This document shows positions 48,063-52,385 of a stretch of DNA of 52,385 nucleotides, piece after piece. The position numbers and the translations under genes are program-made. The notes below the pieces were generated by a model, which saw only the letters and a program-made list of their open reading frames with translations, made no database searches and had not been told where the DNA came from. Positions within the stretch are counted from its first letter, which is position 1; every line of letters starts with the position of its first letter. Source of the DNA: a virus; the IMG/VR virus record IMGVR_UViG_3300028840_001809; one strand, written 5' to 3'.

Positions 48063-48825
48063 CATCTTCTGGGGTTCAAACGGGGTTGACGGATTGACGT
48101 TTAGAAAGAATTGGTACCGCAAGGACTTACGGCGATGACGTTTTTAATGCGTCACTTCTGAAATACATCAGACTTGCTTCTGATTGATTCCTGACCACTT
48201 TCCTGCCACGTTCAGGTGGGTGGTTGTCTTGGTTGGGGCCCCTTACTTTGAGGGCGGTGTTTTTGGGAATTCCCGTGGTGGGGGAGGTGGGCTAACTGCT
48301 AGTAGGGGAAGGGAGCGACCGGGGTGGGTTGGTAAGGATTTTGAGGGTTATGGGGCCCCCCCTGGCCGCCGAGGGCATGTCCTGAGAGTGCCATACTCTC
48401 AGTGCATAACAGCGCAACTCTATGGCACACAATAGTTTATGTGTGTGCATGCCGTAGGGGAGACACCTGGCGCCGGGTGTCGAGGGCGTCCTCGCCCTGC
48501 ATGGCCGGCTGATCTGGCCAGCCCAGAGGGAGCGCGAACTTAGTCAGGCTGTCTGACTTGAAATACGCCCAGCCCCTCTCCGCCTCTCTCACGCACTCAC
48601 CCTCTCCACGTCCCAGAACACCTGCGCTGCCCTCGGATGCCCTTAGACGGGCTCTCCGGGCTCGCAATGGGCTCTCACGACCACTCTGATCGGCATGATT
48701 GCCGATCGGTCCAGAATTCGCGGTAATCGTTTCGGATTTCTGCTGGACAACCACAGAATTCGTGTCCAGACTTGAAATAGACCAGTTTACACGAATCCGT
48801 ATCACTGACCAAGGGGGGGGAATCG

Positions 48826-48984
48826 ATGAGTGACAGACACAAGGCCCAAGCCATCGCCAACCGTGAGGGCCGATCAATCTGGGTGATTCGCCCGGACATG
48901 TCCGGCTACTGGGTGCGCCCTCGCTCCGATGGCCGGCGCGATCACTTCCGTAACCTGCTGAGCATCCGGAGGGCAATCGCATGA
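48826..48984 (+). CDS. Hypothetical protein (52 aa); first gene of the plus-strand early block
   Basis: It was hand-translated as MSDRHKAQAIANREGRSIWVIRPDMSGYWVRPRSDGRRDHFRNLLSIRRAIA. AAGGGGGGGG lies 6 nt upstream, and its TGA overlaps the next ATG. Confidence 0.5.
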   Translation: MSDRHKAQAIANREGRSIWVIRPDMSGYWVRPRSDGRRDHFRNLLSIRRAIA

Positions 48985-49205
48985 TGTTTCGTATGACCAT
49001 CCGCTGCGACAATGCCGCATTTGACGGAGAGAACCTCGGATCAGAACTAGCCCGTATCTTGCGTCACGAGGCAGATGCGATTCAAGAGGCAGGCATGCCA
49101 GAATGCGGGTGCAATGTGATTCTCGATTGCAATGGCAATCGCGTGGGGCTGGCCGTTCTCACAACTGTTGACTTTGCATTTGGCTTAGAGGGGAACACCG
49201 TATGA
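48981..49205 (+). CDS. Hypothetical protein (74 aa)
   Basis: It has coupled ATGA junctions on both sides and protein-like composition. Confidence 0.55.
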   Translation: MMFRMTIRCDNAAFDGENLGSELARILRHEADAIQEAGMPECGCNVILDCNGNRVGLAVLTTVDFAFGLEGNTV

Positions 49206-49459
49206 CTGACACCGCGCACACACTCCAAGGCCCTCATGTAGTCGATACCACGCGAACCGTAATCATCGAAGACGGTTCGCGCAGTATGACCTGTGTTCTT
49301 CGCGAACCGATGGACCTACACGCCATCCGGCGCTTGTTCGCATGCCATGGCCGGCGCCGGAGCGACTGCGACCGTCACCCGTATTGTGCGATGGTCGCAG
49401 GAACGGCTGTCCTGCGCTTTGAACCGCAACCCGAGACAGAAAGGGGGATGGTTGTATGA
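49202..49459 (+). CDS. Hypothetical protein (85 aa)
   Basis: It has coupled ATGA junctions on both sides. Confidence 0.5.
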   Translation: MTDTAHTLQGPHVVDTTRTVIIEDGSRSMTCVLREPMDLHAIRRLFACHGRRRSDCDRHPYCAMVAGTAVLRFEPQPETERGMVV

Positions 49460-49713
49460 GGTTCTCTACTTCACACCTGCTCACCCATGGCTCCGGCGCA
49501 CTTCGGCAATGGTCTGTCGAGTGGCGCGGCCGCAAGGGCAGAGTACGATGCCTGCGCTTCTCTGTCGGAGGATACGGCAACGTGCGCCCTCCTGTGGGTT
49601 TCTGGCGATGGTATCCCAGTCTGACTGTCTACCATCGGACAGCCTACTATCTCCACTGGCTTTCCTTCTCTCTGGCTTTCCTTCCGAACCGATGGGGGAG
49701 TTGGGCATGCTAG
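49456..49713 (+). CDS. Doubtful ORF (85 aa, Trp/Arg-rich); the coding frame of 49460-49700 is uncertain
   Basis: The start forms an ATGA overlap, but the composition is odd and a second frame (part of ORF 49293..50072) is also open here. Confidence 0.3.
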   Translation: MRFSTSHLLTHGSGALRQWSVEWRGRKGRVRCLRFSVGGYGNVRPPVGFWRWYPSLTVYHRTAYYLHWLSFSLAFLPNRWGSWAC

Positions 49714-50072
49714 CCTACATCTACGCTGCCGACATCTACTGCAAGGAATGCGGCGAGGCAATCCGGGAGCGGATTACGCAAGAGGGTAACGCGCCGGCCG
49801 ACCCGGATGATGAGCGGAGCTACGATTCCGACGAATTCCCGAAAGGCCCATACCCAGACGGAGGCGGGGAAGCAGATTCCCCGCAACACTGTGGCTCCGG
49901 TGAGGAGTGTATCAACGCCATCGAGCTATCGGACGGAACGAAGATCGGCGCGTGGCTGGAGAATGACCTTACCTCGGATGGCGTTGACTACGTTCGCGAG
50001 GCAATCCGTGAGGGCGGGGAGGTGGCCGAACTGTGGGCCGATTTCTACGGCGACTATGACCTGCAACTGTGA
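49707..50072 (+). CDS. Hypothetical acidic CxxC protein (121 aa)
   Basis: GGGGGAG lies 8 nt before ATG 49707. The sequence reads MLAYIYAADIYCKECGEAI...DSDEFPKGPYPDGGGEADSPQHCGSGEEC.... Confidence 0.55.
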   Translation: MLAYIYAADIYCKECGEAIRERITQEGNAPADPDDERSYDSDEFPKGPYPDGGGEADSPQHCGSGEECINAIELSDGTKIGAWLENDLTSDGVDYVREAIREGGEVAELWADFYGDYDLQL

Positions 50073-50083
50073 GGGCGACACCT

Positions 50084-50938
50084 ATGACGACAGAGCAAGT
50101 GGACGCAACGGCCCAGAAGCTAGCCGAAATGCTCCAAGAGAACACGGGCCGGAGCATCCTGGACTCGGGCGACTACTATGGTCGCCACTGGCAACGCAAT
50201 CAGGGGGTGGACTTTGAGAAGCAGTCGGAGGGCCGGCTGGAATGCTGGGCCCGTGACGGGGAGCTAGATATGCTCCCCGTGGTCAGCGTCTACCACTTCC
50301 TCAAGGATCGGTTGCAGTACAACCCGGAGCTTGACGAACGCTTCCGGGAGTGGTGCGAGGACGCGGGGGCAACTGGTCTCAACCTGGCGATCGGCTTTGT
50401 CACCTCCATCGGCGGAAAGGGGATCTACGGGGACGGAGAGCCCATGGTCATCAACACCTACAATGGCGAAGACCTGCTCTCCCAGACTCTCCAGTATATC
50501 TACTGGACCGACGAGAACGATGAGACTCACGTTCTCTTGCAGATTCACGGGGGCTGCGATGTGCGCGGGGGCTATACAGACCCGGTTGCGTTTGACGTGA
50601 CCGACTGCGATGGGACTTCCATCTTCGACAACGCCCGGGCAACCATCTACTGCGACGATTGCGGAAAACATTGGGACACGGACAACGGTTGCCATTGGGC
50701 GCCCGATGGTTGCTACGGCCGGGGATACAAGCAACTGCAAGACTACCCCGCAACCGACGAACGGCCGTGCTACCCCCAGAAACCAGACCCGGCGCAGCGC
50801 GTCATATGGGATAACTGGGGTCCGATGGACCCAAATCGGCCGGAGCCCTGCGCGGGTGTCGTTTGGGTGGACGAAGACAATAACGGCCATTGTCCTTTCT
50901 GCGGTGGGCTGTTGCACGTTGTACCTTGGCCCTGCTGA
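50084..50938 (+). CDS. Hypothetical Cys-rich protein (284 aa from ATG 50084; GTG 50069 is also possible)
   Basis: GAGGG lies 8 nt before the ATG. Multiple Cys/His clusters are present: IHGGCDVRGGY, CDDCGKHWDTDNGCHW and NGHCPFCGG. Confidence 0.6.
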   Translation: MTTEQVDATAQKLAEMLQENTGRSILDSGDYYGRHWQRNQGVDFEKQSEGRLECWARDGELDMLPVVSVYHFLKDRLQYNPELDERFREWCEDAGATGLNLAIGFVTSIGGKGIYGDGEPMVINTYNGEDLLSQTLQYIYWTDENDETHVLLQIHGGCDVRGGYTDPVAFDVTDCDGTSIFDNARATIYCDDCGKHWDTDNGCHWAPDGCYGRGYKQLQDYPATDERPCYPQKPDPAQRVIWDNWGPMDPNRPEPCAGVVWVDEDNNGHCPFCGGLLHVVPWPC

Positions 50939-50946
50939 TTCCCCTT

Positions 50947-50987
50947 CGCCCCGAAGCGCGTAACCGGAATTCGCAACCGGCGGGGCG
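50947..50987 (+). terminator. Conserved intergenic hairpin, copy A (attenuator/terminator-like)
   Basis: The outer stem is CGCCCCG / CGGGGCG and the inner stem is CCGG / CCGG. It is followed by CTTGTCTC. The sequence is about 80% similar to copy B. Confidence 0.45.
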
Positions 50988-51026
50988 CTTGTCTCACTTC
51001 ACCACTCTATTCGCAAAGGGGAACGT

Positions 51027-51389
51027 ATGACCGACTTTCTAACCGACGAGGACAAGCAGAACCCGGCGCTTGTCGAGGCGATGGAAGCTTTCGACGAGGC
51101 AGGTGGAGTCTACGCGCTTGTCGAAGACCTGCTTGACCTATCGCAGGAAGCTTCCGAATTCGACCCGGCCGACATTGCAGACGACGATGGTAATCCGTCT
51201 ATCGATTGTCGTCTGCGATATCACGATGGCGCGTGGTCGTTCCTGACTGGAGACTCATCGTACGATCAAGACCATCGGGGCCATTGGGGTGCATCATCGG
51301 TTGGCGTGGGGCTTACCCGTATTGGGGCGAACAGTATCGCCTATGATCTTGTCGAACAGGTCTTGGATTCCATTGCGCAGGGCGAATAG
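51027..51389 (+). CDS. Hypothetical highly acidic protein (120 aa)
   Basis: It has an AAGGGGA RBS and an Asp/Glu-rich N-terminal half (EDLLDLSQEASEFDPADIADDDGNPS). Confidence 0.6.
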   Translation: MTDFLTDEDKQNPALVEAMEAFDEAGGVYALVEDLLDLSQEASEFDPADIADDDGNPSIDCRLRYHDGAWSFLTGDSSYDQDHRGHWGASSVGVGLTRIGANSIAYDLVEQVLDSIAQGE

Positions 51390-51399
51390 ACAGCCGGCC

Positions 51400-51440
51400 A
51401 GCCCCGAAAGCGCAACCGGGATTCGCGACCCGGCGGGGCT
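51400..51440 (+). terminator. Conserved intergenic hairpin, copy B (attenuator/terminator-like)
   Basis: The outer stem is AGCCCCG / CGGGGCT and the inner stem is CCGGG / CCCGG. It is followed by CTTGTTTCCCGTTTC. Confidence 0.45.
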
Positions 51441-51484
51441 CTTGTTTCCCGTTTCGATCCTGTAACAGAGAAAGGCAGGCAACC

Positions 51485-51616
51485 ATGGCGAAAACCTGCG
51501 ACAAGTGTGGTGGACCGCGTGTGCGGTATACCGTCGTGAATCAGAAGACCGGCTATCGCACCCGATATTGTCGGGCCTGCGCGAGGCAATATAAGGCAAG
51601 CATGAAAGGTAAGTAA
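51485..51616 (+). CDS. Small zinc-ribbon protein (43 aa)
   Basis: It was hand-translated as MAKTCDKCGGPRVRYTVVNQKTGYRTRYCRACARQYKASMKGK, giving the pattern CxxC...CxxC. GAGAAAGG lies upstream. Confidence 0.5.
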   Translation: MAKTCDKCGGPRVRYTVVNQKTGYRTRYCRACARQYKASMKGK

Positions 51617-51621
51617 GCGGC

Positions 51622-52020
51622 ATGACATACACCAACTTAGACGCCTTTACGGTCGCATACCTCGAATGCGCCTTGTGGGCAGAGACCGACAACGCAGACG
51701 AATCTGGGGGTGAGCCACTCGATGCTAACTACGTGATTAGCGACTTCGCCTCCGAGGCCGTGAAGAAGGCAATCAGCGATTGCCGGCGCTTTCAGGAAGA
51801 TAACGCAGAGCTACTGCAAAAAGCGGAGTATGGCCACCCAGGATACACGGACGATGAAATGGCCGGCCATGACTTCTGGCTGACCCGCAACGGACACGGC
51901 GCCGGATTTTGGGATGGCGACTTGCCGGGGGATATCGGCGATAAGCTGACTAATGCCTGCAAGGCATTCGGCGAGTGCTGGATTACGGTTGGCGATGATG
52001 GCCGGCTTTACATTGACTGA
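51622..52020 (+). CDS. Hypothetical protein (132 aa) directly upstream of ardA
   Basis: It has FTVAYLECALWAETD... and GHDFWLTRNGHGAGFWDGD. It resembles uncharacterised proteins I recall beside antirestriction genes on plasmids and ICEs, from memory only. Confidence 0.6.
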   Translation: MTYTNLDAFTVAYLECALWAETDNADESGGEPLDANYVISDFASEAVKKAISDCRRFQEDNAELLQKAEYGHPGYTDDEMAGHDFWLTRNGHGAGFWDGDLPGDIGDKLTNACKAFGECWITVGDDGRLYID

Positions 52021-52053
52021 AACCCTGTTTTACACCACTGGAGAATGCAACTA

Positions 52054-52385
52054 ATGAACACCACAACCGACCCGCCCAGAATCTACGTTGCCTGCCTGGC
52101 AAGCTACAATGCCGGCCACCTCCACGGAGAGTGGATCGACGCAACCGACGCCGAGACCATCCGGGAGGCAATCCAAGCAATGCTCAAGCGCTCGCCCTGC
52201 CCGGGCGCCGAAGAGTGGGCAATCCACGATTTCGAGGGTTTCGGCGCCATCCGTCTTGACGAATCGGAGGATATCGATCGGGTCGCCGAACTGGGCGCCC
52301 TGATCGCCGAACACGAAGAAGCGTTCGCGGCCTATGCCGACCACGTTGGCGTGGACTTCGCCACCGAAGAGGGCTTCGAGGATGC
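52054..52385 (+). CDS. ardA: Antirestriction protein ArdA, N-terminal part (continues at 145..331 after the junction)
   Basis: It starts at ATG 52054. MNTTTDPPRIYVACLASYNAGHLHGEWIDATDAETIREAIQAMLKRSPCPGAEEWAIHDFEGFG is the hallmark ArdA N-terminus. Confidence 0.9.
   Translation, partial: MNTTTDPPRIYVACLASYNAGHLHGEWIDATDAETIREAIQAMLKRSPCPGAEEWAIHDFEGFGAIRLDESEDIDRVAELGALIAEHEEAFAAYADHVGVDFATEEGFED
52242..52385. repeat. Terminal direct repeat, copy 2 (identical to 1-144)
   Basis: See copy 1. Confidence 0.95.

Larger units (their letters stand above)
47419..48825. other. 1.4-kb gene-free divergent control region (candidate origin, promoters, packaging site or structured RNA)
   Basis: No ORF here has both an RBS and protein-like composition. 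The region contains clustered GGGGCCCC palindromes, CCATGGA iterons, a tandem repeat, a TA tract, G-rich strand asymmetry and several hairpins (see findings). Confidence 0.7.
1..52385. mobile_element. Complete temperate dsDNA phage genome with a podovirus-like late gene order and an integrase, closed by a 144-bp end overlap
   Basis: Terminase, portal, scaffold, capsid, tail fibre, lysis-position, integrase and replication modules are all present. The window ends are identical, and one ORF (ArdA) reads in frame across the junction. Confidence 0.85.

Noticed and set aside
47956-48138. 60-aa plus-strand ORF reading through the TA tract (…SSIYITIYIYYTYIFWG…)
   Set aside because: The hydrophobic segment is simply the translation of (TA)n. 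The GTG start abuts the purine run with no spacer. A non-coding AT tract is more parsimonious.
48003-48589. Possible long-range pairing between the G-rich run (GGGGGGAGAGGGGGGGAGAG, 48003-48022) and the C-rich run (CCCCTCTCCGCCTCTCTC, 48572-48589)
   Set aside because: The two are mirror-like rather than reverse-complementary, so antiparallel pairing would need many A-C mismatches. The resemblance looks like low-complexity similarity only.
48437-49012. 191-aa minus-strand ORF covering the right part of the hub and overlapping the first early genes
   Set aside because: The translation is Arg/Ser/Gly/Pro-rich with no structure-like pattern and there is no RBS. It runs antisense to well-supported coupled plus-strand genes (48826 onward). 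It is typical of a spurious long ORF in GC-rich DNA.

Overview
The window is a complete, circularly closed temperate dsDNA phage genome. Bases 1-144 are identical to 52242-52385, so the unique length is 52241 bp. Two divergent transcription blocks flank a 1.4-kb gene-free hub (47419-48825). The plus-strand early block runs 48826 -> circular junction -> 2049. It encodes small Cys-rich or acidic proteins, ArdA (which spans the junction), a sigma-70 region-4-only protein and a SprT-like metallopeptidase. The minus-strand block runs 47418 -> 2111 and contains, in transcription order:
- a coiled-coil protein and a chain of coupled micro-ORFs;
- large terminase, portal, scaffold and major capsid;
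- a tRNA-like element and head/tail proteins;
- a BNR-propeller tail fibre and a 1582-aa internal virion protein;
- a protease-thioredoxin lipoprotein in the lysis position and a holin-like protein;
- a secreted-protein moron and an attP-like region;
- an integrase / XRE / winged-helix / excisionase module;
- a Sak4 + DUF669 + Cas4-like nuclease recombination module;
- an SF2 helicase, a Prim-Pol primase-helicase and RusA;
- a nucleotide-metabolism and methylase cluster.
Genes are tightly packed, with many ATGA or TAATG stop/start overlaps. I used these overlaps, together with Shine-Dalgarno-like purine runs, to refine starts. I saw no CRISPR array, rRNA, transposase or reverse transcriptase. 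All functional calls rest on motifs read by eye plus gene order; no database search was run. Start codons are less certain than stops, and the ORF track also uses GTG and TTG starts.
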